Shown here: positions 9,156-19,164 of the stretch, piece after piece | Position numbering within the stretch: the first letter of the stretch is position 1 | Layout of the letters: each line of letters opens with the position of its first letter | Source of the DNA: a virus | Reading direction: 5' to 3' (one strand) | Length of the DNA stretch: 64,000 nt | Virus record (IMG/VR): IMGVR_UViG_3300042922_000923 | Location: 32,001 to 96,000 of that record | Program-made: the position numbers and the translations under genes | The notes under the pieces: generated by a model | The model's database searches: none | What the model was told of the DNA's origin: nothing | Seen by the model: the letters and a program-made list of their open reading frames with translations, nothing else

Positions 9156-9791
9156 TTATTTGAATACATTGTAAGCTTGTTCTCTAATTTCCTTTAAACC
9201 TTTGTTTAAATCATTTATGGATATTCCTAGTGATCTTGCAATATGGTGCATTCTTAAATTCATGGATCTAGTTACTCTGACTTCGCTATGACCTTGATCG
9301 TGTAGCATTTTCTTTCTAGCTTTGTCCATATTAAGCTCCCAAATAGTTCTATCTGATGGTGATAATAGCTCTTCTAAAATTGCTGAAGCAACTATGTTTC
9401 CAGATAGAAGTTCTTGTAGCTGAAGCAAACCTTCTTGAACATAAATGTTATTTAAGTTATCATCTAGTTTTCCCTTAGAATCTTCATACTCAGAATCAGA
9501 AATCTCTCCATCATCTAGTTGTACTAAATTATTGTAAGACACTTGATTGGAATCTAAATTTCCTTTTTTAATTTTATTGCATAGTAACCTTTTTAAACTT
9601 ACAGAGAATATAGTCTTAAATTCTTCAATAGGCTTATCTCTATACCTATTCCAGCACTTATAAAGAACTATTAAACTATCTTGATAAAAGTCGTTTCTGT
9701 CATATGCCTGAGAGTTAGGTATATATTTTCTAGTTACAAAATGTATTAAATTTGAAAATTTACTTGTTGTTTCCTCAAATGTTAAATCCAT
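9156..9791 (-). CDS. Sigma-factor-like DNA-binding protein
   Basis: Region-2-like YDRNDFYQDSLIVLYKC; C-terminal HTH MHHIARSLGIS. Confidence 0.7.
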   Translation of the reverse strand: MDLTFEETTSKFSNLIHFVTRKYIPNSQAYDRNDFYQDSLIVLYKCWNRYRDKPIEEFKTIFSVSLKRLLCNKIKKGNLDSNQVSYNNLVQLDDGEISDSEYEDSKGKLDDNLNNIYVQEGLLQLQELLSGNIVASAILEELLSPSDRTIWELNMDKARKKMLHDQGHSEVRVTRSMNLRMHHIARSLGISINDLNKGLKEIREQAYNVFK

Positions 9792-9873
9792 TATTTGTTT
9801 TCTCCCCTTTTTAAAATATTACTTAATCTACATAAATATATTATAGTTAAAACTTCCAGTAAAGGGAAATATT

Positions 9874-9911
9874 AAATAGACCTGTAGCACGTAATACAGG
9901 TCTATTTTTTT
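9874..9911. terminator. Intrinsic terminator
   Basis: AAATAGACCTGTA / TACAGGTCTATTT stem with T run. Confidence 0.7.
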
Positions 9912-9979
9912 AATAAAATCTTAAGTTATCTTCATTTTTCTACTATTATTAATTATTGTAAACCTACTAGCACTTTGGA

Positions 9980-10468
9980 TTAACCACAATTAATCCTATT
10001 AAAAAAGGCATCCATATCATAGTAGTATCTTGATATTTTTTTATATCCTTTTATCTCAATTCCATTTTCTTTACACCAATCTATTGGAAATGATTTTCTT
10101 GAAGAAGTTAGCATGTACTTTTTTACTTCTTTAGCAGATAAGGCACAAGTAAAATTTTCATCTCTAAAATTAAATATGAAAAATGCTCTTACTTTTTCAT
10201 GATCTATTCTAGACATATCCTTAATCTGACTTTTCCTTATACCTTCAAATGGTATCCTTTTTCCAGAATAACTTTTTAACTCTAAAAAGAATAAATTTTT
10301 AAGAGTCATGACCAGACAATCACACATGTTCGATGCCTGAAATCTAACATTTTCATTTTTATCCCCTGCAAAATTTCCAGTACCATCCCTTAGTCTATAA
10401 TAAAAATAATTAGTATTCTTTAATATGGACTCCTTAACATCACCCTCAAATTTTTTCCCTACATTCAT
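9980..10468 (-). CDS. recU: Holliday junction resolvase, RecU family
   Basis: GKKFE...CDC...FLELKS..RIPF..IRKSQ PD-(D/E)XK pattern. Confidence 0.8.
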   Translation of the reverse strand: MNVGKKFEGDVKESILKNTNYFYYRLRDGTGNFAGDKNENVRFQASNMCDCLVMTLKNLFFLELKSYSGKRIPFEGIRKSQIKDMSRIDHEKVRAFFIFNFRDENFTCALSAKEVKKYMLTSSRKSFPIDWCKENGIEIKGYKKISRYYYDMDAFFNRINCG

Positions 10469-10487
10469 GTCTAAATCCCCCTTGTAG

Positions 10488-10694
10488 CTATTTAATTATC
10501 TTAAAATTTTCAAAGGTCCTTAACCATTCTACTCTGGTATCTTCATCAATATATTCTTCCTTATTTGTTTTAAAATCCACAACGTTATTATCATTATGCA
10601 GCTTCCAGTCTACTCTATATATTCTACCATTATGCCTTATATAGACTCCATGATGTAAGAATGATAGAGTTCTCATACACTTCATATACATCAA
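10488..10694 (-). CDS. Hypothetical protein
   Basis: 68 aa ORF with AGGAG RBS. Confidence 0.55.
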   Translation of the reverse strand: MMYMKCMRTLSFLHHGVYIRHNGRIYRVDWKLHNDNNVVDFKTNKEEYIDEDTRVEWLRTFENFKIIK

Positions 10695-10711
10695 CTCCTA
10701 GCATAAAGTTG

Positions 10712-11458
10712 TTAATTATCATGTTCTATAATCTTGACATCATCCTGAGGTATAACATCGTAATCTGGAACAATAAAATTAAATTTAATATTTTCACTAG
10801 AAATAGTTTTAAGTAATGCCTCAATATTATTTTCTAAGTTTTTTATAGCTTTGCTTCTTCTCTTAGGATCACTTTGAATTGTATTTCGTGCAGAGTCCTT
10901 TACTCTCCCATTAATATCATTTAATTCCTGAGGTTCAAATTTATCTGCAAATAAACCTGTGCTACTAGAAAGAGTAGTTTTACTTTCATCCAATTCACAT
11001 TGTAGTAAAGACAAATTATTTGGATTAATTATTATAGTTACAATATTATTTTTAACTTCAATATCATCAGAAATATTAGATAATTCATAAGCAAATGTAT
11101 ATTTAAATGTTGCATCAACAAATAACTCTCTTCCATTTAATTTCTTCTTAAGCCACGCAAACTTAGTATCTTCATCTGTAATACTATCATTTGCAAACTT
11201 TTGTTGAACTTCATCTTCTCCACCTAGACAATTCATAGAATTAACAGCACTTAATTTTTTTATTACTTCTTCTTTACTAATTAGCTTTAGATCCTGAGAT
11301 GTATTTTTTTCAGAATTTACTGAAGGTACTCTTTGATTAGTTTTAGAAACATACCTCTTGTAAGTTACAACTGATAGCTCAAGTAGTATACAAACTAAAA
11401 CTGTTGTTATTATATAAAATACTTTTTTACTCTTCATCGTCATTATCCTCCTGGTCAC
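10712..11458 (-). CDS. Membrane-anchored protein, DUF4230-like
   Basis: N-terminal TM helix; FAYELS.IS.DIEV pattern and helical C-terminus. Confidence 0.55.
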   Translation of the reverse strand: MTRRIMTMKSKKVFYIITTVLVCILLELSVVTYKRYVSKTNQRVPSVNSEKNTSQDLKLISKEEVIKKLSAVNSMNCLGGEDEVQQKFANDSITDEDTKFAWLKKKLNGRELFVDATFKYTFAYELSNISDDIEVKNNIVTIIINPNNLSLLQCELDESKTTLSSSTGLFADKFEPQELNDINGRVKDSARNTIQSDPKRRSKAIKNLENNIEALLKTISSENIKFNFIVPDYDVIPQDDVKIIEHDN

Positions 11459-11714
11459 ATTCTTTTAGAGCTTTTAAAAATTCTTCTTTTTCATTATCAT
11501 TTAGAGAATCTATATAATCCTTTTGATACTTCAGAGTAAAAAGTGTATCAAAGAGTAATCCTAAGATTATTACTGGATAAAATAAAAAACCTAAAAATTT
11601 AAATAAATAATTCTTCAAGGATCTAGAAGAGAACTCTACATGTTTTTTTCCTAAAGTGTAAATTAGCATTCCAACAGCTGTATATATCATTAAAAAAAGC
11701 TCTAGAGAAGTCAT
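11427..11714 (-). CDS. Small membrane protein
   Basis: Two hydrophobic helices. Confidence 0.6.
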   Translation of the reverse strand: MTSLELFLMIYTAVGMLIYTLGKKHVEFSSRSLKNYLFKFLGFLFYPVIILGLLFDTLFTLKYQKDYIDSLNDNEKEEFLKALKECDQEDNDDEE

Positions 11715-11884
11715 ACTTTCTTCTCCTTGACATTGATTCTTTTTACATCTTTATAATAAAATGCTGACCTTTTTCCTTCCCAACTTACATTTACTGTGTC
11801 TCCATATATAGAAGCAACAATTCCTTTATAAGCCACTTTCTTATATGTTATTTCAACTTCTTCCTCTTTTTTAAAATCATTCAT
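11711..11884 (-). CDS. Small SH3-like hypothetical protein (57 aa)
   Basis: Manual ORF MNDFKKEEEVEITYKKVAYKGIVASIYGDTVNVSWEG...; overlaps neighbours' stop/start codons. Confidence 0.55.
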   Translation of the reverse strand: MNDFKKEEEVEITYKKVAYKGIVASIYGDTVNVSWEGKRSAFYYKDVKRINVKEKKV

Positions 11885-13245
11885 TATAAATTATCACTCC
11901 CATCCATAACAATATCTTCTTCATCACCTAAATTTTCATCATCATCAGTAACAAATTTATCCACTGTAAGAACTTTTCTATCTCTATAGTCCTTTCCTTG
12001 AAGAGTCATGTGGTCCTTATTATCTCTGTTCTTAGCTATAAAGTATCTCATAATCTGTGCCTTTTGTTCTTTTACAGATTGACATAAAGCTATCATAGCA
12101 TCAGCTGAATTTGCTATTGCAAAGCATTCTGCAAGGTCTGCCATAGTTACAACTTTCTTACTTAATGCAGTTCTATTACACTGTGCTCCAGTCCATACAG
12201 CACAATCAAATTCATCAGCAATAGTTCTAATTTCAAGGTAAATAGCTTCAAATTCATCTCTTTTATCCTTGTATCCAACAGTGGACCTAAGTAGAGCACC
12301 ATAGTCAATTACTACAAGGTCAGGAGTAACGCCCTTAACATTTTGAAGTTGTTTTATATAGGCCTTAAGAGTATTAACAGTTGCACCTTTTACAGGGTAC
12401 TTCTTTATGAATAACTTTCCCTTTGAATATTTTTTACGGTTTAAGATAGCATTAATTACTCTAGATACGTTATCTTTAACATACTCAAATGGTTTCTTAA
12501 CAAACCTTAAGTCATAGTTTCTCGTAACTTGCTTTTCATTATTTTCAAAGAAAAAGTGAACAACGTTATATCCAGATTCAACAGCTGCTGCACCTAAATT
12601 TTGTAATTTTGTGGTTTTTCCACGACCTGGAGGTGCAATTATAATTCCCATTTCAGATCTACCTAGACCTCCATTGAAAATATTATCTAGCAATGGTTGC
12701 CCTGTAGTTATTCTCTCAATTACATCTGAAGATTCTCCATAGTTTGTTATTCTCTCATTTACATCTTCAAAGTACTCTACGCCTAAGTCATTTACTTGAC
12801 CTACTAGCATTGCCTCTTTTATCAAAGTTTCAATCTTTTCATATTTACCATTATTTTTAATAATTTCTGCACTTTCTAGAATTGCTTCAGTCAAAGCCTG
12901 ACTTCTTCCAAATTCAACTATTTTGTCCTTTGTGTACTCAGAAGAAGTTAGGTCATATGAAAATACGTGAGATATAGCCTCAATATAGTCTTCTTCTAGC
13001 TTCTCCTTTATCTTTGAGCCTTTAGTTAACGTACTTATTTCATTAATTAAGGCATCCATTGTAATGGATTTATTGTACTTTTTGTAATAATCCATTGTAA
13101 TTCTACAAATGTCATTGTGCACTTCTTTTTCAAAGTACCTAGGTTTAATGCACTCCTTGTATATCTCATAGGAGTTTTTATCTTTTATTAGTAAGGCAAG
13201 TATGTTTTCCTGCATAGTCTCTGTAAAATTATAACTGTCACTCAT
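11884..13245 (-). CDS. Replicative DNA helicase, DnaB/gp41-like
   Basis: Walker A APPGRGKT, VVIDY, WTGAQCNR, AKNR; start refined to MSDSY by AAGGGGG RBS. Confidence 0.92.
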   Translation of the reverse strand: MSDSYNFTETMQENILALLIKDKNSYEIYKECIKPRYFEKEVHNDICRITMDYYKKYNKSITMDALINEISTLTKGSKIKEKLEEDYIEAISHVFSYDLTSSEYTKDKIVEFGRSQALTEAILESAEIIKNNGKYEKIETLIKEAMLVGQVNDLGVEYFEDVNERITNYGESSDVIERITTGQPLLDNIFNGGLGRSEMGIIIAPPGRGKTTKLQNLGAAAVESGYNVVHFFFENNEKQVTRNYDLRFVKKPFEYVKDNVSRVINAILNRKKYSKGKLFIKKYPVKGATVNTLKAYIKQLQNVKGVTPDLVVIDYGALLRSTVGYKDKRDEFEAIYLEIRTIADEFDCAVWTGAQCNRTALSKKVVTMADLAECFAIANSADAMIALCQSVKEQKAQIMRYFIAKNRDNKDHMTLQGKDYRDRKVLTVDKFVTDDDENLGDEEDIVMDGSDNL

Positions 13246-13299
13246 ATAGGTCCCCCTTAAGTTTATTAGTAATATCAAAATTTCTAATAAAATAGTCTT

Positions 13300-13356
13300 A
13301 CTAAATATAAAAAAGATAGATTTGGAATAATTATTTCCAAACCTATCCACTTAGAG
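13300..13356 (-). promoter_or_regulatory. Phage-specific promoter-like motif with embedded hairpin
   Basis: CTCTAAGTGGATAGGTTTGGAAATAATTATTCCAAATCTATCTTTTTTATATTT. Confidence 0.65.
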
Positions 13357-14181
13357 TTATGCATATGAGAGTAAAAGTTCCTGTTTAGATGGAGTTTCTG
13401 GTATCTCAAATTTATTTTCAATATTTCTAAGCATACTTTCTATAGCTTGCTTAGTCTTTTTATTTGAAAGTATTTTATTAACCTTTTCTAGCTGCTTTTT
13501 AGAATCAGAATCTGCAACTTCTTTACAGTATTCTTCAAGGGTTTCTATTAACCAATCACAGGTACTAATATAATACACGCTTAAGGATAACCAATTGTTA
13601 TATAATACAAAAATTTTCTTTTCGAGAGCTGTGCTATCCAGTGTAGAATATTTAATACCATTCTTTATAATTTTACAGTCATTTATTAATGCTTCTGATA
13701 TCTCTTCCCTCACTGTTTTTATTTTATTAGCAGTAAAAGCTGTACCATCTGCTTCATGCTCCTGAATTTTTCCTTTAATGTATCTATAGTAATGTGCTAT
13801 AGCTCTTTGAGAACATAGCTGTTGAGGATATATTCTACCATCTGAATTTTCCCAGTATTCGGCACGATCAAACTGAGAGTCTATATAGATAAAGGTATCC
13901 CAGTTACGCTTTATGCACAAGTTGCATACATTAGCAAAAAATTTCCAATTTTTATGATGTGTAGGATCTTTCCTACTAATTGCATTAAATCCATCTAGAT
14001 TTAAAAGTGTTCTAACTTTATATCCATAATAAGCTGCTACAGCTATAATATCTTCTTCCGTAGCATTTCCTAGTATCTTTAATGATTCTAATTTTTCCTT
14101 GCATTTTTCAAGCATACGTGCCTTAGGATCATAAATGGAAATTCTAAGTATACTTTTTGATTTAATAGCTTTTCTCTTCAT
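13357..14181 (-). CDS. Hypothetical protein between the two helicases (possible replication accessory/regulator)
   Basis: 274 aa ORF; position as in SPO1-like replication modules. Confidence 0.6.
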   Translation of the reverse strand: MKRKAIKSKSILRISIYDPKARMLEKCKEKLESLKILGNATEEDIIAVAAYYGYKVRTLLNLDGFNAISRKDPTHHKNWKFFANVCNLCIKRNWDTFIYIDSQFDRAEYWENSDGRIYPQQLCSQRAIAHYYRYIKGKIQEHEADGTAFTANKIKTVREEISEALINDCKIIKNGIKYSTLDSTALEKKIFVLYNNWLSLSVYYISTCDWLIETLEEYCKEVADSDSKKQLEKVNKILSNKKTKQAIESMLRNIENKFEIPETPSKQELLLSYA

Positions 14182-14185
14182 AGAA

Positions 14186-14395
14186 TCACACTTTCATATT
14201 ATTTACATCTTCTAGTAAGGAATATATAATATACGAGACACATACAGCTAAAGCTATAAGATATACAATCCGGAAGCTAAAAGGATCAGGGTATATCATA
14301 CCTATAATTATATTTGCTGTTCCAAATATAATGTAACACACATATATTTTACTTACCTTCCAACATTTTTTTATAAATTTATTAATCCTCAGCAT
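14186..14395 (-). CDS. Small membrane protein
   Basis: Two TM helices. Confidence 0.5.
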   Translation of the reverse strand: MLRINKFIKKCWKVSKIYVCYIIFGTANIIIGMIYPDPFSFRIVYLIALAVCVSYIIYSLLEDVNNMKV

Positions 14396-15872
14396 TTGAT
14401 ATTTCCTCCCAAGTTTCCTTTTTCATAGGATCTATCATTTTTATTTCAAATTTTTCCTCTTTTAAAACTGTATATCTATCTAAATTATGCTTCTTTAAGT
14501 TAGCTCCAGTAAAATCTAAGAAATCATAGAATCTAAGGCAACTTCCATCCTTTTTCTTTCTTAGTCCTCTTCCTAAGCCTTGAAGTAGTTTCCTGGGAGA
14601 CTTTTGACCTCTGGCATAGATAATTGCATTTATATTGTCAGTATCAATACCTTCATCTAGAACAGATGTTGCTATTAATACATTTATATTACCTGCTTTT
14701 AAATCTTCTAAAATTTGTTTTCTTACTTTAGTAGTTCTGCCTCCATGTGTAAATTCTATGGTACCTAGTGCACAACTATTTTCTAAGAGGTCCTTTAGGA
14801 GTTCTCCATGTTCTGTATGTTCTACAAGTATTAAAATATTACTATTGAGCAGCTTACGTTCTTTTTCAGCAATAATACGAATGAATTTATTTCTTAATGG
14901 ATTATTTGTTATGCACATGCTATATTCTTCAGCATAGTCAAGTATGTCATTAGGTTCTGGAGATTTTACTTCTATAAAATAGCACTTAGGTCTAGCTGAA
15001 GCATTTATGCTTATGAGGTATTCATTAGAAATATTTACGGTTGGTGTTCCAGTATATCCCATGACCATATGCTTTTCTATCTCTTTATCAGGAAGGGTAC
15101 CTGTTAAACCAATTCGTATTGGTGTAAGGTCTAATTGATTTAAAACTTTTTTATACGCTACTGAGGATGCATGTTGAACTTCATCAATAAAGATTGCTCT
15201 AATAGACCTAGCAAAATCTTTAAACTTTTTTTCTTTTATATGCTTTGATAGAGTAGGAATTAAACATACTGTTATTGTTCCTTCGCTCCATTTTCCAGCA
15301 CCTATTGTTCCAACGAATATACCTGGAAACGCTGTATTAAAATTTTGTATAGTTTGAAACAATAGTTCTTTAGTTGGAACAATAAATAGGATTCTTTCGT
15401 CTGTTTGTATCTTTTTTAGAATTTCATTCATAATAGCTTGTGCTGTAACAGTTTTACCTGCATTTGTAGCCATCTTTAAGATACCTCTATAAAAGTTCAT
15501 AGACCCTATTTTGTTATTTATAATAGAATTTACTGCATCCACCTGATAGTCTCTTAGACTTTTTTCACCAATAGAATAGCTGCTGTCTATTGCTTCTAAT
15601 TCTATTGCTGCTGGCCTCTTATCAATAATGCTGTAAGGTTCTTCATACTGTTCAAGAACCTCTATAAGTATAGGTAGTAAGCCAGTCATAAGCTCATTTC
15701 TTTCAAAAAAGTTTTTCTCTCCATTCCAATGACCAGCTCTGAAGGTAGGTGAAAAATAAGCTCCAGGAACTTTAAAAGTAAATCGTTGAGTAACTATTCT
15801 CCATAAAGCTGTTCCTATATCCTTAACTTCACATTTATCATTTCTTACTAAAATTTCTAGCAATTTACTCAC
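14382..15872 (-). CDS. SF2 helicase (UvsW-like)
   Basis: LRDYQ, ATNAGKT, DEVQH, TGT, QGLGRGLR. Confidence 0.92.
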   Translation of the reverse strand: MSKLLEILVRNDKCEVKDIGTALWRIVTQRFTFKVPGAYFSPTFRAGHWNGEKNFFERNELMTGLLPILIEVLEQYEEPYSIIDKRPAAIELEAIDSSYSIGEKSLRDYQVDAVNSIINNKIGSMNFYRGILKMATNAGKTVTAQAIMNEILKKIQTDERILFIVPTKELLFQTIQNFNTAFPGIFVGTIGAGKWSEGTITVCLIPTLSKHIKEKKFKDFARSIRAIFIDEVQHASSVAYKKVLNQLDLTPIRIGLTGTLPDKEIEKHMVMGYTGTPTVNISNEYLISINASARPKCYFIEVKSPEPNDILDYAEEYSMCITNNPLRNKFIRIIAEKERKLLNSNILILVEHTEHGELLKDLLENSCALGTIEFTHGGRTTKVRKQILEDLKAGNINVLIATSVLDEGIDTDNINAIIYARGQKSPRKLLQGLGRGLRKKKDGSCLRFYDFLDFTGANLKKHNLDRYTVLKEEKFEIKMIDPMKKETWEEISNAED

Positions 15873-15930
15873 TCCTTTATCTATATAAAAGAAAAGAGAA
15901 CAGAAATTATTTTCTGCTCTCCAGTTAGAA
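15873..15930 (-). promoter_or_regulatory. Phage-specific promoter-like motif with embedded hairpin
   Basis: TTCTAACTGGAGAGCAGAAAATAATTTCTGTTCTCTTTTCTTTTATATAG. Confidence 0.65.
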
Positions 15931-15969
15931 GACTATTAATTATCATAGTATGTTTCAAAATTATTTGGT

Positions 15970-17163
15970 TTATTTATCAACAGTGTTACTAAAGGATATA
16001 TCAAGTTCTTTTAAAATTGTTAAATCATTGTATTTACCTTTAAAACAAATTCTAGGATTTATAGCTATAGCTCGTTTTCCTTTAAATCTAATTATTTTTA
16101 GTACAGGTTCTCCATAAACTGTCATAGCCAGAAACTTTCTTTTGAATCTTGTTATATTAGATTCATGTATTAACATAGATATTTCCATTAGTGTATAAGG
16201 TTCTATTCTTGATATATCTGGTTCAGAAGGGTTTTTACAACAGATATTTGTCTTAAAATGTAAATAAGGAATCATTCTATATAATAGTGATAGCTGTGCA
16301 TGTTCCCTTGGTGTAGAGTTATCATATAGCTCTTTTAATGCAGCACTAAAAATTCTAATTCCATTGTTATCATATTTAGTACAACTACCTTTTGAGGAAT
16401 ACTTTCTATTGATTCTAAATGTTTCATTAGCAGTAAAAGTAATTAATTTATAGTTTATAAGATTCTTTCTAAGTTTATAAGCATCTGTATTACTTAATTT
16501 AATAATATTTTTAAACTCTTTAGTTGTCACAAGTTTTTCTCTTTTAGTTGCTATATAATTTTTATAAGTCATATGGCAACATAAATAAAGAAACCTAGCT
16601 AGTAATGCAGAAGGAGCATCAGATAACAATTTTTCTTCGTAATTAAAGAAAAAGTAAGTGCCATAAACACAAGCTATTGAATCACTATATCTTTTAATGC
16701 TTTTGTAAGGTGCAGTAGTATTATTTAATAAATCTTGAACCAGAGTATCTTTCAAGTCTAGATCATTATTTTTTCTAAATAGAGAAATAATCCTTTTAAA
16801 CACCTTTCTATCTTCATCTAAGTCTTTTCCAATGGTCATATTTCCTAATAAATATTCTGTTAGTGTATCCTCAATGTTATACCCAGCCTCTAACGTGTTA
16901 TACTTTCTTATAAAAATGTCCTCACAAACAACTAGAACGTATTTATCTATAGGACTCTTAATGTCATCTCCTAAGACTTTTATAGCTTCAAATTTAAAAT
17001 TTTCTCCTCCATATTGCTTCCATTCACTCTGTAACATTTTATTTTTGTGCGTATAGTTATTTAACTGTCTTTTATGATCTGACCATCTTTTTTCTATGTC
17101 TAAAGTTTCACCAATATACATTTTATTATTAATTGTATTAGTTATTTTATAAATTCCCCTCAT
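15970..17163 (-). CDS. GIY-YIG endonuclease fused to RepL-like winged-helix domain
   Basis: GIYKITN..NKMYIG..RW..H; C-terminal half paralogous to 17185..18096, ending INPRICFKG. Confidence 0.75.
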   Translation of the reverse strand: MRGIYKITNTINNKMYIGETLDIEKRWSDHKRQLNNYTHKNKMLQSEWKQYGGENFKFEAIKVLGDDIKSPIDKYVLVVCEDIFIRKYNTLEAGYNIEDTLTEYLLGNMTIGKDLDEDRKVFKRIISLFRKNNDLDLKDTLVQDLLNNTTAPYKSIKRYSDSIACVYGTYFFFNYEEKLLSDAPSALLARFLYLCCHMTYKNYIATKREKLVTTKEFKNIIKLSNTDAYKLRKNLINYKLITFTANETFRINRKYSSKGSCTKYDNNGIRIFSAALKELYDNSTPREHAQLSLLYRMIPYLHFKTNICCKNPSEPDISRIEPYTLMEISMLIHESNITRFKRKFLAMTVYGEPVLKIIRFKGKRAIAINPRICFKGKYNDLTILKELDISFSNTVDK

Positions 17164-17184
17164 ATATTATCATCTCCACGTAGG

Positions 17185-18096
17185 CTATAGTAATTCTTCA
17201 TTATAACTACAAATTTGATTTTTAGCTGCATCAAATAGCAAACCTAATCCTTCCATTCTCTCAATATCTCCAAAGCTCCCTTTAAAATAGACTCTAGGAT
17301 TCACAACTACAATTTGATTTCCTTGAATTTCAGATATACATATAACAGGTTCACCTGCAACTGTCATGTCTAGCAACCTTCTTCTAAATCTAGTTATATT
17401 ACTTTGATGAAGTATTTTTGCAAGTTCCTTCAGTGTGTATGTTTCTAATTTGAGAGGATCACGCTCTGTAGGATTAGCACAACAGATATTCATACTAAAA
17501 TTTATATAGGGTAACAGTAAGTACAATAGAGCTAGTTGAACATGTTCTCTAGGTAAAGAGTTCATGTACAAGTCCTTTAAAGCATCTTCAAACACTCTTA
17601 CTTTTTCTTTACTTTTTGAAATTCCTTTTTTGCAATAGGATCTATTTACTCTAAGTTTTTCATCATCACCTAGTATTAGTAACCCATATTTAAACAAAGT
17701 AACTTTAGTTTTATAAAATTCTGAGTATTTCAAATTCAAAATTTCTCTTAAGTTATCTAGATTCATAGGTGTCTTATCACTATTTATTAATCTATTTTCA
17801 TAATCCATAAAGCAGCAAGTATACAGGAATCTAACTAGCATTTGAGGTGAAATTATGGATAAGGGTTTTGAATAAAAATTAAAATAAAAATTACCATAAG
17901 TATTAATCATATCTGAATTATTTTTCATTTTGCATTTTTCTTTCAATTTAAGTTCTGCGAGTTTATCTGATTTTCTATCATTATAGTTTATAACATTTGC
18001 TATAGTATTTAAAACTGCTGGAGAATTAACGTCCAATTCATTTCCGAATAGCTCTTTGTAAGTCTCAAACTCTTTAGAATATTTAGTATTTTTCAT
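17185..18096 (-). CDS. RepL-like replication/DNA-binding protein
   Basis: RFLY..C.MDYEN, VNPRVYFKG; start refined to MKNTK by AAGGAGG RBS. Confidence 0.55.
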   Translation of the reverse strand: MKNTKYSKEFETYKELFGNELDVNSPAVLNTIANVINYNDRKSDKLAELKLKEKCKMKNNSDMINTYGNFYFNFYSKPLSIISPQMLVRFLYTCCFMDYENRLINSDKTPMNLDNLREILNLKYSEFYKTKVTLFKYGLLILGDDEKLRVNRSYCKKGISKSKEKVRVFEDALKDLYMNSLPREHVQLALLYLLLPYINFSMNICCANPTERDPLKLETYTLKELAKILHQSNITRFRRRLLDMTVAGEPVICISEIQGNQIVVVNPRVYFKGSFGDIERMEGLGLLFDAAKNQICSYNEELL

Positions 18097-18131
18097 AGTA
18101 GCCTCCTTATTAATTATCATGTAGTAATATT

Positions 18132-18364
18132 TTACAATCTGTAACTTTTATAAAAAGTAAAATTACTATATAGTATTGTTATACCAGTAACATAGGATAG
18201 TTAAACATGTATATTTTATTTTTTATAAAAAAAATTTACTAGGTAGTAATAAAACTGTTATTCGTTACAATCTGTAACAAATAAAATTATTTGTAAATAA
18301 GTGTTTTATTGAAAGTATTCCTAGCTTTAGGTATAGAAATATAAAATAATACCATTACAATCTA
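18132..18364. repeat. Repeated palindrome GTTACA-ATC-TGTAAC (operator/iteron candidates)
   Basis: TTACAATCTGTAAC 18132-18145, GTTACAATCTGTAAC 18264-18278, partial TTACAATCT 18355-18363. Confidence 0.7.
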
Positions 18365-18450
18365 TGAAGACTTTTAAATAAGTTTTCAAGAGCTACTTGA
18401 TAAAATCATAAAAATTCGTTCTTTTATCTTGTACTACTTTTTAGTTAAAA

Positions 18451-18623
18451 TGGTTGCGATTGAGCAACCAGATTTAATCTGAAAACCAACATAAGGTACC
18501 TAATGTAGAAAAGGAATCATTGCAATTTATTCTGCATAAACACATCAGGGTAATTGCCCTTCCAGGTTGGCTAGTGTTTGCTTCGCTGCACATATCCAAC
18601 ATTCCAGTTCAATTACCCTGATG
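18451..18623. other. Structured non-coding segment (origin hairpins or ncRNA)
   Basis: TGGTTGC/GCAACCA hairpin 18451-18470; CATCAGGGTAATTG 18543-18556 / CAATTACCCTGATG 18610-18623 with inner GTTGG/CCAAC. Confidence 0.55.
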
Positions 18624-18665
18624 AAAAAAATTTATTCTCTTTCTTTTTTAAGTAGAAGGGATTAA

Positions 18666-18893
18666 TTAGTCTCTATCTTTTTCAATTTTTCGCACCAAAA
18701 TTCCCTCTTCAGTAAACTGAACACTAATATATGGATCATCCTCAGTAATTCCTTGTGCCTTAAGCCAGCTATATGGAATACTTATCTTTGTGCTTATAGA
18801 TCCTGAACCTCCTTTTGGAAAAATAACTTTTCTAGTAACTGGTTCCTCAGTATCTATTTTCCCACTTCCTTTAGGTCTACCCACATTTAACAC
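18666..18893 (-). CDS. AbrB/MazE/SpoVT-family DNA-binding protein with AT-hook-like N-terminus
   Basis: GRPKGS; GGSGS.STKISIP.SWLK..GIT.DD. Confidence 0.75.
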   Translation of the reverse strand: MLNVGRPKGSGKIDTEEPVTRKVIFPKGGSGSISTKISIPYSWLKAQGITEDDPYISVQFTEEGILVRKIEKDRD

Positions 18894-19164
18894 CTACTTT
18901 CCAATATTCATTGTCTGTGCCCTTTCCTATACAACCAATTTCAGTATATTCTTTACCATCAATTAACACTGTGTTGTATGCTGATGCTATAGTACTACGC
19001 ACATAAGTTTTACTTTTGTGTGCATAGATAGCAGCTTTCTTCTTTCTACCTTGTCCATCATAAATTACTGTAGCATTTCTTACTTTTTGCACTATTCCCA
19101 CTTCCCTTTTTTGTAGTCTATTACTATAAGTTTCCCTGCGTTTTCTATTGCAGCCTTTCCCCAC
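18877..19164 (-). CDS. Hypothetical protein
   Basis: ORF in early-gene array; true start probably downstream (~19091). Confidence 0.5.
   Translation of the reverse strand: MGKGCNRKRRETYSNRLQKREVGIVQKVRNATVIYDGQGRKKKAAIYAHKSKTYVRSTIASAYNTVLIDGKEYTEIGCIGKGTDNEYWKVGVKCG

Noticed and set aside
15970-17163. Group I intron surrounding the GIY-YIG ORF
   Set aside because: Flanks are short intergenic spacers and neighbouring genes are intact; no intron core elements visible
18543-18623. tRNA
   Set aside because: No cloverleaf, T-loop GTTCRA or CCA end; no tRNA recognised anywhere in the window
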